Shown piece by piece: positions 48,001-61,267 of a stretch of 64,000 nucleotides of DNA; the stretch's first letter is position 1, and each line of letters opens with the position of its first letter. The position numbers and the translations under genes are program-made. Source of the DNA: Emiliania huxleyi CCMP1516. Lineage: Eukaryota. The stretch covers positions 2,853-66,852 of the forward strand of contig NW_005201165.1 in NCBI RefSeq assembly GCF_000372725.1, read 5' to 3'. The notes under the pieces are model-generated. The model did no database searches. It was given only the letters and a program-made list of their open reading frames with translations, and was not told where the DNA came from.

Positions 48001-50699
48001 ATGGTGGGTGTCGGCTTACTGCTCGGGCTCGTCGGGCTCCTCCCCGCTGGCCCGGCCCACTCCTGCGGCCCGCTGGCGCTGCCGCGGCCCCCACGCGGCG
48101 GCCTGCTCCAGATGCAGACCGCGGAGGACGCCGCCAAGCAGGCGTGGCTCGCGCGCCAGTCCACGCCGGCCTTTGGGCCGAGCGGAGGCACTCCGACCAT
48201 GGCTCCGCGGCCTCCGGGAGGTATGTCGCCTCCGGGGTTGCCTCCGCCGTTTGGTCTTCCACCGCCCATGCCGCGGCCGGGCCTGCCGCCGCCGATGGGC
48301 GGGATGCCGCCGCCGATGGGCGGGATGCCGCCGCCGATGGGCATGGCGCCGCCGGGGATGCCTCCTCCGTTTGGGATGGCACCACCAATGGCGCGGCCAG
48401 GTATGGCGCCGTCGATGAACGGGCTGCCGCCGCCGATGGCGCGGCCGGGGATGCCGCCTCCGATGGGGGGTGGCGTCATGCCCGGTGGCCGACCGGGCAT
48501 GCCTGCCCCGCCCGGAGGCGGTCTTGGAGGCGGGCCGGGAGGTGGGCTGCCTCCGAGGCCAGGGATGGGTGGAGGTCCTCCGGGCAGCGGCCCGCCCGGT
48601 GGTATGGCCCCTCCGCCTCCGATGGGCGGCATGGGCTTCGGGAACAGCAACCCCTCCTCCCGACCTGGAGGGCCGATGGGAGGTGAGCGGCCACTTCAAG
48701 ACACCCCCAAGACACCCGGCCAAGACACCCCTGCTGAGAGAAGACACCGCCGCACACGTCCGTGACACGCCTCCCACGCCGCCGATTCCGTCTGCAGGTG
48801 CAGGCATGCCCCCTCGACCCGGAGGAGGCTTGGGAGGAGGCGTGGGAGGAGGCGTGGGAGGAGGCGTGGGAGGTCCGCCGGGCGCTGGGGGCTTCCAGTC
48901 CTCTCGACCTGGCATGCCCCCTCTCGGCGGCGGCCCCCCGCCTCGCGGCGGGATGGGAGGAGGCCCCCCCGGGATGGGTGGCGGCGGCCCGCCACCGCGC
49001 GCAGGTGGGCCGCCTGGCATTGGCGGAGGGATGGGCGGAGGGATGGGCGGAGGGATGGGCGGAGGTCCTCCCGGGAGGGGGGGGCCGCCCGGCGGCCTCG
49101 GAGCACCTGGCCGCGGAGGCGAGCCGTCCGCCTCGCCTCGGCTGCGCACACGCACCCCTCCCCCCGACCCGCGCCGCTCACTCGCCTCGCGTCTCCCGCC
49201 GCGCAGGCGCGCCGGCCGTTGGCGGCGCTGCGCCGGGCGGGTTTGGCGGCGCTGCGCCGGGCGGGTTTGGCGGCGCTGCGCCGGGCGGGTTTGGCGGCGC
49301 TTCGCGCGGAGGCGGAGGCGCTCCCGGCTTTGGGGGAGGGCCGCCCGGCCGCGGAGGCGGGCCGCCGCTCCGCGCAGGGGGAAGGGTCACGTCCGCGACG
49401 CGTCTCACGTCGTCTGTCGCGTCGCGAGTAGGGCCGCCGCCTCGAGGGGGAGGGCCGCCGGGGAGGGGAGGGCCTGGCGGCGCCGCTCCGCCATCGCGCG
49501 GGGGAGGAGGCTTCGGCCAGCCGGCGGGAGGTTTCGGGCAGCAGCAGCAGTCGCGCGGAGGCGTGTTGCGACACCCAGAGCTTTGCGGGCGCTCCCTTCC
49601 CTGAGCCTTGTCGAGCCTCTCCCTGCAGGCTTTGGCTCCTCGCCCGGCTTCGGCGGCCAGCGGGGCGGGCAGGGCGGGTTCGGGTCCTCGGGACGGGGAG
49701 GAGGCGCGGCACCCCCGCGCGAGAGGCTCACACTCGGAGAGACGCGCCTCGCCGCCCCTCGCCCCTCCACCTCCCCGCCCTCAGCTCCCTGCCCCCAGCT
49801 CCGTGCCCCTCCCTGCCCGTGCCCGCAGGCATGTCGTCGGGCCGGCGAGGGGACGACTGGCAGCCCTCGCGCAGAGGGGTGCAGCCGGGGCGCGGAAGCC
49901 AGTCGCAGTTCGGAGGAGGAGGAGGAGGCGGGTGGGCGGCGGGCCGGCAGTCTGCTTCGGGCGACGGCATCTCCGGCCGGCTGCAGAACGGGCGGCCGCT
50001 CGGCGTCGGGGTTGGCCAGACAGTCGGCAGGCCGGGGCTGGTCGGGCGGCCGGCGCAGCGGCGGTCGGTGGCTAACTACGGCCAGACGACGTACCGCGAG
50101 GCACCTTCGCACCTCCCGACCGCGGCGTGAGGCCGATGTCGCCTCACCGCCGCCCGGCTGCGAGCAGGCGCCCGAGCAGCTCGACTACGTCGAGCTCGAG
50201 GACCCGCAGGGCAGGGCGGCGTGGCAGGAGGAGGCGCGGCCCCGCGCCTCGGCTCGATCGCAGCTCCACCTCGGCTTCGCCGGCCCTCCACCCCGGCCCT
50301 CCACCCCGGCCCTCGTCTGGCCAGGTGCGGCGGCGCAACTCGCGCGACGCCTTCTCGCGCGCGCGGCTCGAGCTGCCGCCGCAGCGGACCACCGCCGAGT
50401 ACGAAGACTACTGGCTGCAGGGCGGCCGGCAGTACCGGCGCGACGCGCTGGCGAGCTTGCGCCGGCAGAGCAACGACCGCGGCTCCAACATCCGGTGGGA
50501 GGCGGAGCAGCAGGCGGAGCAGCGCGAGTGGCAGGCCGAGGTGCAGCGGCGCAACTCGCGCGACGCATTCTCGCGCGCGAGCCTCGACATGCAGCAGCCC
50601 GCCTACAACGAAGTTGAGGCGGCGACGCCGTGGCTGGCCGAGGGCGGCCGCCGCCACCAGCAGGACGGCGCGGGCCACGACGAGGTGTGGGTGCACTGA
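48001..50699 (+). CDS. Pro/Gly/Met-rich low-complexity protein with signal peptide, multi-exon
   Basis: MVGVGLLLGLVGLL leader, AEDAAKQAWLA, long PPPMGG and GGPPGRGG tracts, last exon with a repeated RRRNSRDAFSRA. Confidence 0.65.
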
Positions 50700-51955
50700 C
50701 CGGTTCCAGTGTCCGGTACATGGGGCCTGGCTTGCGACTGAGGACGGACGGAGGACAGGCCTGCACTGTGTGACATGATTGCATGCACTCTTGCTGGGCG
50801 GGGGGGGTTTACAGGGCTTGTGCGCGCGGTTGTGGCCTCTCGGAGGGGAGCGCGGTCTCTGTAGCAGAGCCCGCCGTCGCTCTCCTCTAGTGATTGATTG
50901 TATCTTGATGTGTGTTGTTACCAGTCTTTTATTGAGCGGCCTGGGTCAAGCCGTAAAACTGACCCTAGGAGTAGCACTTCTCTCTCTCGCGTCGCCCCCC
51001 CCGTGTGCGCCTTGATCTCCTCGAGTTCCGGGCGCACACTGGGGGGGGCGATTTTGCGTTTGGACTCTTAGCACGTAGGCGATGCCAGCCGAGCGTGCGT
51101 CGCAGTCGCCAAGTCGCGCACAGGCGCGAGTGCGAGGCGCTGGCTGCGATGCTCTCTGCTAGCTCTCTGTCTGAGAGAGACTCTCATCTCACGCCGCCCG
51201 CGGTCCCAGCTTGCGTGTCTCGCCAGACCGGCGTGCAGCGAGGCGCGGGAGAGTTGGGGAATGGGGAGATCCCTGGAGCGACCTGCTTGTGCCGTTGCGC
51301 GCGCGCACTCCGCACACACGTGTCGGTGAGGGGTGGTTGTAGTTGTATTTTTATACGGGGTGTGGACCGTGAGTTGACCAGGGGTTGTGCGCCGGGCCCT
51401 CCTGCTCGGCTCCAGCCAGTAGACAAGTCTTGTCACTAACAGAGTAGAAGGATCTGACCTCGGGGCCGATGTGACCAAGCGCTGGTAGCGTGGTTTTACC
51501 TCACACCCATGGTCTCACAGTGTGCCGGCAGTCGCCGAGCAGTGTCGCTCACACAAGCCGCAGCACAAGTGACTGAGGGCCAGTGAGGGCGAGCCCATCG
51601 CTGTGAGCCTGTGACAGCTGTGGCAGCCGCACAGTAGGCTGTGTCAACTGTGCAGAGCGTGTGAGCAGCCGAGGAGCTGCTCTCCAGGCTTCTGACGCAA
51701 AGAGCTGCATGCCATCGAAGGCGCTGTCGAGGTTCGCCGAGCGCGGCGCAGGTTGGAGGACACCGTCACCGACGAGCGCGTTGGACTTTTCACTCCTCTG
51801 GCGACCCGTGATGCGTGAAAGAGGAGGGAACGGGATAGGGCGGGTGCGACTGCGAACACAAGACTTCCCCAAGAGAGTGCACACATCACACAGTCCCGGC
51901 TCACGCACACGGTACAAAGATACCACACGGCACACGCGACAACACACACACAGCA

Positions 51956-53699
51956 TCATCTGCTCTCGGTCCTGGTGCGCGTGAGGACCCCCTCGCTCTC
52001 CGACCGCTGGTGGCGAGAGACGCTCCGTGGCGGCGCGCCGGCTTCCTCGCCGTGCCTGCGTGCGGCGTCGCCGCCCTGCAAGTAGGCCGTGAGCGCCTGA
52101 GTTCACGGCCAAAGGCTGTGAAGAGACGCGGTCCGGACGCGCCGCCGCGGCGCGCTCGGTGCGCCTTTGCGGCGGTCTCGTACGCAGTGAAGGTGATGAT
52201 GCACTGCGGGATGGTGCGCACAATGTTGAGGCGGTAGCCGTGCCACAGCCCTGCGACGCCGTCGGACTGGACCTAGGGAGGGTCCGAGAAGGCTCGCGGG
52301 AGGCCCCTCGCTGCCCCGGCGCAGCCACGCCGCCGGCGCCGTCTGGCGGATCGCGTCCAGCGTGCCGGCGTAGAGCTTGCCGCCCTTGTCGAACTGCAGG
52401 CGCGCGCGCACAACCTCGTGCGGGTACGTGAGCGTGGAGGCGACCTGTTCACACCGGGAAGAGACCGCCCTCCGCGCAAGCCTCGGGCGGGCGGGCAGGC
52501 GGAGGGGGGCGGCACCAGCTTCGACAGCGCGCTCGCGACAATCACCTCGCCGAGGGCGGGCGTGGCGGGGGCGTGGCTGCTGCTCGAGCCGCGGCCGCGC
52601 TCGACAGAGCCGTACACGCCCGGGCCCGACGCGTCCTGCTTCCCCCTTCGGTCCGCCCGCCAGCTCGCGCCTGCGGGGCATGTGCCCCGGGAGGTGGTGT
52701 GGACGTGTCACGGATGTGCCCTCCGGCCCTCCCGCCCGCGCCCATGAGCTTGAAGCGCTCGTAGAGCGGGAACTGGATCATGATGTGCGAGAGGCCGAGC
52801 AGCGAAGCGCGCAGTCCCGCGAAGAAGGCGAGGCCGCCCTCCTCGGCGTAGATGGTCCGGATCGCGTGCGTCATCGAGTGGTACTGCGGCGAGGCGGACG
52901 AGAGGTGCTGCGTGGTCAGCCGAGTCCGCACCACCCAAAACGGGTTGGTGATGACGTCCGTCACGAGCCCGGCGAGGCCCGCGGCAGTGAGGTGGACGCC
53001 GGGCGACTCGCCGCTCGCGCCGCTGCCGCGCGCGATCGCGGACTTGGCGTGCTCGTAGCACGGGAAGTAGCACGCCTGCTCGCAGCTACGGCCGTCAACA
53101 GTTGACGCTGACTGGCGACAGCGGGCTGCTCGAAGGCAGCGCGCCCAAAAGATGCCGACGGAGCAGAGGGAGGGCGTGAGCCCGTGGTACCAGCCGCGTA
53201 TGCCCTCCTCGCGGTAGATCAGCCGCAGCGCAGAGAGCACGCCTACCACGCGCCGCCGTTTGTCAGCCTAGCCGGGACTCGCGTACCCGCGGCCGCAGAG
53301 AGCAGGGGGCCGTCGTAGCGGTGTGAGCTCTTCCCGGGAAGAGCGACGCTCTCGACCTGCGCGCGTGTCTTGGCCACGTCGAGCGGCGAGCACAGCGTCG
53401 TCGAGAAGACGCCCGAGATGGACCCCGCGATGGCCTGAGCGGCGGGAGTGGCAGGCGTGTGATGCAGGCCGCGTAGGGTTGCAGCGGCGAGACCCTCGCT
53501 GCCACGCCAAAAGCTGCAGCAATGGCTTGGGATGCGGACGTGGGGAGGGGACACGTGGCAGGAGCGGTGACGCCGGTGCCTTGACGGCCCAGTCGACGGC
53601 TGTCGGTCCCTCCGGCGCGGGAGGCGAGTGGACCTCGTGCTCCTCCTCCCATGGGCGGCCCGAGTCGGAGGTGCCGGACTGCGACCCCGAGTCAGCCAT
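51956..53699 (-). CDS. Mitochondrial carrier (SLC25), NAD+/folate-FAD carrier-like
   Basis: Three carrier signatures PLDVAKTR, PFWVVRTR and PHEVVRARLQ, plus EEGIRGWYHGL and IQFPLYE. Confidence 0.92.
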
Positions 53700-54069
53700 C
53701 GCGTGCGGAGCCAGGTTCGAGTGCCGGCTGGCCGAAGGAGAAGAGAAGAAAGAATTCGCCGGGATGTGAACAGCAGCGGAGGAGCGATTTATTTATTTAT
53801 TTAGGAGCGCCATCCCTTGGGTTGTCCGTTTTCTTTCTTTCTTTTTAGGAGCGCCATCCCTCCCTTGGGTCGTCTGTTTTCTTTCTTTTTTCAGAGGAGC
53901 GCAAAATTGTTATGCTTCGATCCTCCCCGGAGTCGAACTGGCAGCCACTCGCACCAAGGAGGCGAGGTGTGGCTACGTGACCCAGAAAAGGCCAGAGTCA
54001 GGAGCAACCCTCGAGGTGGGTCGCTCATACTCAACAAAAAAACTAACCAATGAAAAATGTACGTAAGAG

Positions 54070-54135
54070 GTAGGGCCCTTAGGGGCCTAGAGAACACAAC
54101 CCCCTGTCTCTTTTCTCCCAGTAAGCGAAAAGTAC
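54070..54135 (+). repeat. Short copy of the 3' tail of the 60788-61130 element
   Basis: TAGGGCCCTTAGGGGCCTA.AGAACACAA...TCTCTTTTCTCCCAGTAAGC.AAAAGTAC matches the reverse complement of ~60727-60790. Confidence 0.8.
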
Positions 54136-54260
54136 GTACACTGAAAAATCTTAAACCACGGCTGAAGTACCTTGCACGCCTGCGTGGATCGCGTCACACC
54201 AATCCTCGCTACCCAACGCGGCCAATCCACCTCGAGAACCTCGAGAAGTACCTTGGCCTA

Positions 54261-56563
54261 ATGCCTCTTGGCGAGTCTGCTGAGCTCTACCTCGCCTCGT
54301 TCGGCACCGCCACGGCCTGCCTCTGCCTCACCACGCCGGCAATCTGCTGCCTGGTGAGGCGGACCAACCGCTCCCGGCAGCGGGCTGCCGCAGCCACGGA
54401 AGGGCACAGAGCCCAGCGCTCGGTCGCCTCTTCGCGATCGGTCGCTGAGCCGGAGGACTCGCAGAGCGCCGCGTGCCGCGAGGCGGCGGAGGCGGCTCTG
54501 GTGCGGGCGCAACAGGCCAAGAATCGCGTTCGGCGCAGCTTCAACAGCCTCGTGCGCGCCCTCTTTCTCTGCTGCGTGCTGGGCGGGTTCGGGATCGCGA
54601 TGGCGGGCTTCACGGCCCAGGACACGTCGCCGGGCCGCACGACCGCGCGCGAGTTCCTCACCCGCTTCACCCTCCCCTTTGCGGTGATGGTGGTGGTTGC
54701 GCCGTCGTGCGCACTGCTCGCCGGTCTCAGCCCAAGCGCCTCTCCAGCCGCGGTTGATTGGGCCTGAATCTGTCGGAAGCTCCCTAGGCCTCGACCCGGC
54801 GCTGCCTCGGCGGATGAGGAGCCAGCTCCACCGCATCGTAGTCGTGATGATGCCGCTCTGCGGGTCGGTCAGCCTTGGACTTGCGCTCTTCTTCGCCCTC
54901 TCGCCGCGGCTCGCCACATCGAGGCCGCTCGCCTTCACCTTTGGCGTGCTGTCGGCCTCGATGTGGGCGCTGCTCGCCCTCTCTCTGCCGCTGCTGCTCG
55001 CGAGCCGCACGCGTGCGCTGCCCCGCGTCTCGGTCCTGTTGCAGCGGCAGATGCGCATCGTCGGCGAGTCGTGCGGAGGCGGCAAGCCGTCCGCCAGCGA
55101 CTGGGGAGCCATCCCGTGCACCGAGTGGCTCGAGGGGTGGCCTCGCGCAGCGTATCTGCTGGAGGGGGAGGGCTACTTCGCCGTCGCGCCACGCGAGGCG
55201 GCAGAGACCTTCTACACCTCCGTCTCGCTCGTCTTTGTGATGACTGGCGTCGCCTTCCTCGCCGCCTTCGCCGTCGCCTCGCAGCGCGGCGCGCCCGGCT
55301 GGTCGACCGTTGGACTCCACCTCCCGCTCGCCGCCACCTACGGCCTCGTCTCGCCGGCGCTGCTCTGCCGGCCGACGCGGCGCGCCTTTGCCGCCTGTGT
55401 CAGCCGGCTCTTCTCGGGCGGCGAGGAGCGCGAGGCGGCCGTCATCGCGGCGCTCCTCGGAGGGCTCGACGCGGCGCACGCCCTGGGGCTGGCGCGCAAG
55501 ACATTCCGTGGCCTGCCGATCAGCGCCATCGGGCCGAGCGATCTCGGCTCCTCCGAGGACAGCGGGCTGCACGCGCGCACCGTCAAGCTGCCGCTCGGCA
55601 GCTGCGACGCCTTTGTTTCCCACTCCTGGCACGACGACGGAGGGGAGAAGTGAAAACAGCGCGCGGAGGCGGGCTGCCACCCCTCCCTCCTCGTCCACGC
55701 CTCTGGACTGTGTGCAGGTACGCCGCGCTGCAGAGGTGGGCGACCGGGTTCGAGGCGGAACACGGGCGCGAGCCGCTCGTCTTCATCGACAAGGCGCGAG
55801 CAGCAAGCCGCCCACTCACGCTTCCTTGAGGGTGAAGTATGCTGATCGTCTCCGCTCCCTCGACCAGGCATGCATAGAGCAGACCAACCCGGCCGCCTCG
55901 CTGCCGTGCCTGCCCATCTACCTGGCGGGCTGCAAGCGGCTAGTCGTGCTGGCGGGCCCAACCTTCACCGAGCGGCTGTGGACAGCGGTGGAGCTCTTCA
56001 CTTTTACGGTGATGGGTGGCACACTCGACCGGATCGACGTGCTCCCCCTCGACCGGCGGCGCGGGCTCGCAGGCGTGCTCGACAAGTTCGATGCCTTTGA
56101 CGTGACGCACGCAAAGTGCGCACGCACCGAGGACCGGCAGAGGCTGCTCGCGGTGATCGAGGCGGCGTTCGGCAACCATGGGCCCTTCAACCTCCTCGTG
56201 CGCACCATCCTGCGCCGCCGCCACTCGCGGAGGCACGGGTCGACGCGGGGTGGCGGCCGCCCCGCGCTCTCCTCGCGCCTGTCCGCCGCCGGGCTCGGCC
56301 TTCTGTGGGGAGGGGGAGGGTCGCCGGCGGTGACGGCGCGCGAGTCGACGGTGTCTTCGATCCGGCCGTCGGACGCCAAGGAGGGACGGGGCGACGGCGC
56401 GGGCGAGGAGTCGAAGAGGGACGAGCCAGACAAGGAGGAGGATCGCGGCGGAGGAGGCTTGGGCGGCGAACAGAGCGGCGCCGCCGCGCGTGGCGCCACA
56501 ACGACAAGCGGAGCCGGAGGAGCGGATGTTGTCGTCGTGAGGATGTCGGCGTGTGTCGTCTGA
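54261..56563 (+). CDS. Multi-pass membrane protein with a C-terminal TIR-like domain
   Basis: About 7 hydrophobic segments, then DAFVSHSWHDD, VFIDK|ACIEQ, LPIYLAGCKRLVVLAGPTFTERLWTAVEL. Introns ~54724-54787, ~55650-55717 and ~55794-55867. Confidence 0.75.
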
Positions 56564-56765
56564 TGATTACGCAGTACGGCTCAGGGCGTGTGCTGTGTGA
56601 CATACGAGATACGTGCGTGCACCTGGGTCGTACGTGCGCACAATCTCGATTATCGGACGACTTTGGCATGGGCTAGTTCCATTTCACTCTGACACGCTAA
56701 TCTTGAAAACGTCCAACGGAGCTCCGTGTTGCTCCCAGCGCCCTCCCCCGCGCTTCCTGCGGCCA

Positions 56766-57871
56766 TGGCCGATGATACTAGTATGAGAGGTCATCTGGCT
56801 ACCGCGAGCGCGACTCAACTCGCCGACGTCGTCCGATGATTGTGCCTCAAAGTCAGCCTCCGGAGGCTATCGTGGGGTCGAGCCGGCAGTAGCCGTGACA
56901 TGTGGTTCCACCACCCCTCGTATGCTTTGCCTCTGACCGCCACCGTTCCCAGGCTGCCAAATGGGATGGAAAGGAAGGCTCGGCGAGCGTATAGAAGCGT
57001 GCTCGACCTCGTCGTGGCAACCTGCACGGCAGCGCTGGTAGGCGCGATGAGCGTCGTGCCACCTGACCCGAGACGGGTCGCAGGCGTCGTACCGAGCGCG
57101 TCGAGACCGTGTCCTGATGTGATCTGCACGGGTGAGTCACGTCGGCGTCAAAGGAGCGACGTGCGACCTGTCAGAGCNNNNNNNNNNNNNNNNNNNNNNN
57201 NNNNNNNNNNNNNNNNNNNNNNNNNNNNNNNNNNNNNNNNNNNNNNNNNNNNNNNNNNNNNNNNNNNNNNNNNNNNNGGGCAATGGAGAGTTTGGCAAGT
57301 TGGGCCACGGCGACGAGCAATACCAGCTGCTGCCAAGAAGATCGAGGCGTTGGCTGGCCAGTGCGTCGTCGCTGTGTCGGTGGGAGGCAGTCACAGCCTT
57401 GCCCTCACCGCCGACGGCGCCGTCTGGAGCTGGGGCTGGGGAGCTTGTGGCATGTTGGGCCACGGCGACCAGCAGCAGCAGCAGCTGCCGAAGAAGATCG
57501 AGGGCTTTGCTGGCCAGCGCGTCGTCGCTGTGTCGGCTGGAGCCGCGCACAGCCTCGCCCTCACCGCCGACGGCGCTGTCTGGAGCTGGGGCTATGGAGC
57601 CTATGGCCGGTTGGGCCACGGCGACGAGCAGAACCAGCCGCTGCCCAAGAAGGTCGAGGCCTTCGCTGGGCAGCGCATTGTTGCTGTCCCGGCTGAGGCC
57701 ATGCACAGCCTCGCCGTCACCGCCGGCGCCGTGTTTACCTGGGGCAAGGGCGAGACCGGCTGCCTAGGCCACGGAGAGGACCTCGCAGCTGCCTCTGGAA
57801 GGCACCGAGATGTACCTTTTTCGCGCAATGGTCAAAATCAAGGTTTTGTAACGCGAGCTGTGCCACAGTGA
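56766..57871 (+). pseudogene. RCC1-repeat gene remnant spanning a gap
   Basis: Repeats of VAVSAGxxHSLALTADGAVWSWGxGxxGxLGHGD. Frameshift near 57335 and an early stop after the ATG at 56766. Confidence 0.75.
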
Positions 57872-58060
57872 AATGGAACTAGCCATGTGACTTGTGAGAG
57901 CGAGATGAGTAGTATGGCATGTGTAATAACAATACTGAGTTACGTCCACATGCACCATGGTTACTGTACGTCACCGAGACTCGTGTACACAAAAGAAATT
58001 TCCCGCCGGGTAACTCCAACATTTTTGTTCTCCTTCTCGCCTCTCGCAACTCTCGTGAAC

Positions 58061-60470
58061 TCACGCCCGCTCCCGTTCGTGCACGCACGTGTGGTGGTGG
58101 TGCGCCGCGGAGTGGTGCACGGTCGCCTCGAGCGGCTCCTCCTCCTCCTCCGCCCCCTCCGGGTCGCGCCCCTCCCCGCGGAAAGCGCCAACGCCCTTGC
58201 GACCGCCGACCGCCTCCGGGTCCGCGGCAGGAGACAGGCCGGGGAAAGCCGCCTCGAGCGCCGCCGCCAGCTGGAGCCGCGACGCCGCGATCGCGTAGCC
58301 GCGCGCCACCAGCAGCTCGCGTAGCATCGCCTGCAGCTCGCCCAGCGCCGCCTCGTCCGCCGGGGCGAGGGCGGACCTGTTCACGCCGTCGAGGCGTGAA
58401 GAGGCGCTCTTCACAGCTCGTCGCCCGCCGGGGCGAAACCCCAACCGTGGCGGCGGTGCCGCGTGCAGGCGCCCGCCCTTGGCAATGCAGCGCGCGACCA
58501 CGTACAGCCGCTGCGCGACCACGTAGCCCACCGCGGCGGCGGCGGCAAAGGCGGCGGCGACGCGGTAGGGCAGCGGCTGCTCGAGAACGTAGAGCCGGCC
58601 TGAGGGTAGGATAGCAGCGTCCGAGCGGCGCCCGGGTAGCGGCGACCACCAGCGCGCCCTTGCGNNNNNNNNNNNNNNNNNNNNNNNNNNNNNNNNNNNN
58701 NNNNNNNNNNNNNNNNNNNNNNNNNNNNNNNNNNNNNNNNNNNNNNNNNNNNNNNNNNNNNNNNNNNNNNNNNNNNNNNNNNNNNNNNNNNNNNNNNNNN
58801 NNNNNNNNNNNNNNNNNNNNNNNNNNNNNNNNNNNNNNNNNNNNNNNNNNNNNNNNNNNNNNNNNNNNNNNNNNNNNNNNNNNNNNNNNNNNNNNNNNNN
58901 NNNNNNNNNNNNNNNNNNNNNNNNNNNNNNNNNNNNNNNNNNNNNNNNNNNNNNNNNNNNNNNNNAGGGCGAAACGCCACTCGAAGCCTGCGGGCCGCCG
59001 CACCAGCGAGTAGCCAGTGTAGGCTGCCGTCGAGAGCAGTGCCCCGAAGCTAGCGCAGCGCATCAGGCCGAGCTTGCGCTGCAGCCAGTCGTAGGCGAGG
59101 GTGCGAAGGGTGAGCCTGGGCACATTTGCCGCCGCGTGAAGGCGGCTGCTCACAGGCGTGAGGTAAGCGAGCGGGCAGAGGGGCAGGCCCGAGGACAGAG
59201 GTCGCCATCATGACGAAACCAAAGTGGAGCGAGGTCCAGCCGAAGACCTGTTCATGCCAGGCGGTGTGAAGAGCCGCCTGGCCGGAGAGGCCGGCGGGAG
59301 AGGCCGGCGTGGTGGAGGCGTGGGCTCGCCTCCTTGAGCCACAAGGCTTGGCACGTCATCAGGCAGGAGGAGGCCGTGTTGGAGAGGAAGGAGCCCAGCC
59401 CAACCACCACCACCACACGCCAGCGCGTCGCCTCCGGCTGCTGCTCGGACGACGCGCGCCGCGCAAGCGCCGGCCTCGCCCCTTTCGGCGGGGCGGCGGC
59501 GCGAGGCGGCGAGGCGAGGCCGCCCGACTGCTCGGCCGGAGGCAGCTGGAAGAGGGCGACGAGCAGCGCGGCGAAGCCTGTTTATGGCAGCGAGCCGTCA
59601 CCCAAGTCCGGAGCAGGGGCGGAGGGCGACGAGCAGCGGAGCGACACCGACGGCGGCGCCGACGTAGAAGGGCGCGCGCACCTGGTGTGCAGGGGCCCGC
59701 GGGTTGTGAAGGGACGCTGGTCACAGAGGGTTTCCGGCTGGAAGGACGCGAGGTACGTCGAGCTCGGAGAGGCCGGCGCCTGTTCACCGCGTGGCTGGTG
59801 TGAAGAGGCGCGGGACCGCCCCGCACACGCAGCTCTCGGAGAGGCGCGTGCCGACGCCAGGCCCAAACATGAAGCAGAGCGAGGCGATGACTCCGATCCA
59901 CGACATGAGCTTGGGCCGCTCGGATGGCGCGGTGATGTCTGCGATGTACGCGTTGGCGGTGGCGGAGGTGCCGGAGAAGGCGCCGAGCAGGAAGCGCCAG
60001 CCGAGCAGCGCGCGGAAGGTTGGCGCCTGCGCAGAGCCCAGCATGCCCACGGCGGAGCCAGCGAGCGAGACGAGGAGGATGGGTCTGCGGCCGAGTCGAT
60101 CGGAGGCGGCTCCCATCCAGAGCCCCGCCCCGATCTGAGCGACGGCGAAGGTGGAGAAGAGGAGGCCGAGGCTCGAGGCGTCGCCGCCGAGCGCCTCTAC
60201 CAGAAAAGGCATTACCGGGACCGTGAGCGCCGAGCCGAGCATGTCAATGGCGACTGTCGTGTAGATGATCAGCAAAGCGCGGTCGCGCGGAGAGTAGAGC
60301 CGGCGCGGCGACGACGACGACTCGGCAGGCGGCAGCGCCGGCTCCGCAGGGGAGGAGGCGGTGAGGAGGCGTCTGCGGCCGTACCTCTCAGCCCGCTTGC
60401 GCGCGCCCTGCAGCGCGTTCGCCGCCGCTGCTGCGTCTCGCTCGGCGGCACTCAGGCAGCTGGTCTGCAT
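58061..60470 (-). CDS. MFS transporter (DHA1/TetA-like), multi-exon, spans a gap
   Basis: DMLG...VPVMP, motif A GAASDRLGRRP, RFLLGAFSG and AYIADIT...ER. The C-terminal part beyond the gap is inferred. Confidence 0.88.
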
Positions 60471-60520
60471 TGGGTCGCGAATCGATGTTCGCTACCAGGG
60501 CCGTAGCGCTGCCTTCGTCT

Positions 60521-60690
60521 AGGGCTGGCGGAAGGTGTCGGCGAGGCTGTGATCCTGGCGGTAGGTGACGCCGTCGGCGAGGCTGTGGGGCTGGCGGAGG
60601 TGTCGGCGAGGCTGTGGGGCTGGCGGAGGTGTCGGCGAGGCTGTGGGGCTGGCGGTAGGTGTCGGCGAGGCTGTGGTCTGGCGGTAGTCG
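60521..60690 (+). repeat. ~29-bp minisatellite GGGGCTGGCGGAGGTGTCGGCGAGGCTGT, about 5 copies
   Basis: Direct reading. Confidence 0.9.
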
Positions 60691-60787
60691 ACAGCTGTGA
60701 AGTCAGAACCCCCGGCCGGATTTCATGTACTTTTAGCTTACTGGGAGAAAAGAGAAAAAGTTTGTGTTCTGTAGGCCCCTAAGGGCC

Positions 60788-61130
60788 CTAAGCGCGGCGT
60801 GAGAGCTCGGAAGCGAGCTTTGCACGGCGATCGAGGATGGCACGGTTCACCCCCTTCACCGAAGCGATGGAGATGAGAGATTGTTTGTTTGGAGATGCGT
60901 TCCGCGTGGTGTGACACAAATGAGAGGCGGGAGTGGGGAGGGTACGCGGTGCGGTCAACGCCCGAGCGTTGAGCCTTGCGCGCAAGGCGGTTGATCTTTG
61001 CAACTGGCGGCGAGAAGCCGCCGCCGAATGTCTCGTGGAGAAGCAGGCAGGTTGAACTTGTTTTCGTTTGGTGAAGATCCCATCATGGTAGTGGCCACGC
61101 TGTGACTTGACGTAGCCTTGGCCGGTGGTG
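60788..61130 (-). mobile_element. Second 3' fragment of the same probable non-LTR family
   Basis: GQGYVKSQRGHYHDGIF, LLHETFGGGFSP, SHHAERIS and GVNRAI, with frameshifts. Confidence 0.55.
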
Positions 61131-61267
61131 TTTCTCAATGTATGTGGCTCTTACGTACATTCCCGGAGGAAGACTGCTGATTTTATCTCCCTGACAAAGA
61201 AGCTACAAGTAAACCCCATAGGCAGAGCTATCAACGGACGGGCGTTACGCGCCTTCGCCGAACACAT

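Noticed and set aside
48470..50617. 715-aa ORF and similar long Arg/Ala/Pro-rich or antisense ORFs across the window
   Set aside because: Shadow frames of GC-rich coding DNA with no independent motifs.
58061..60470. MFS gene as the ArsJ partner of the GAPDH
   Set aside because: Motifs are TetA/DHA1-like rather than ArsJ-like, and it lies more than 30 kb away.
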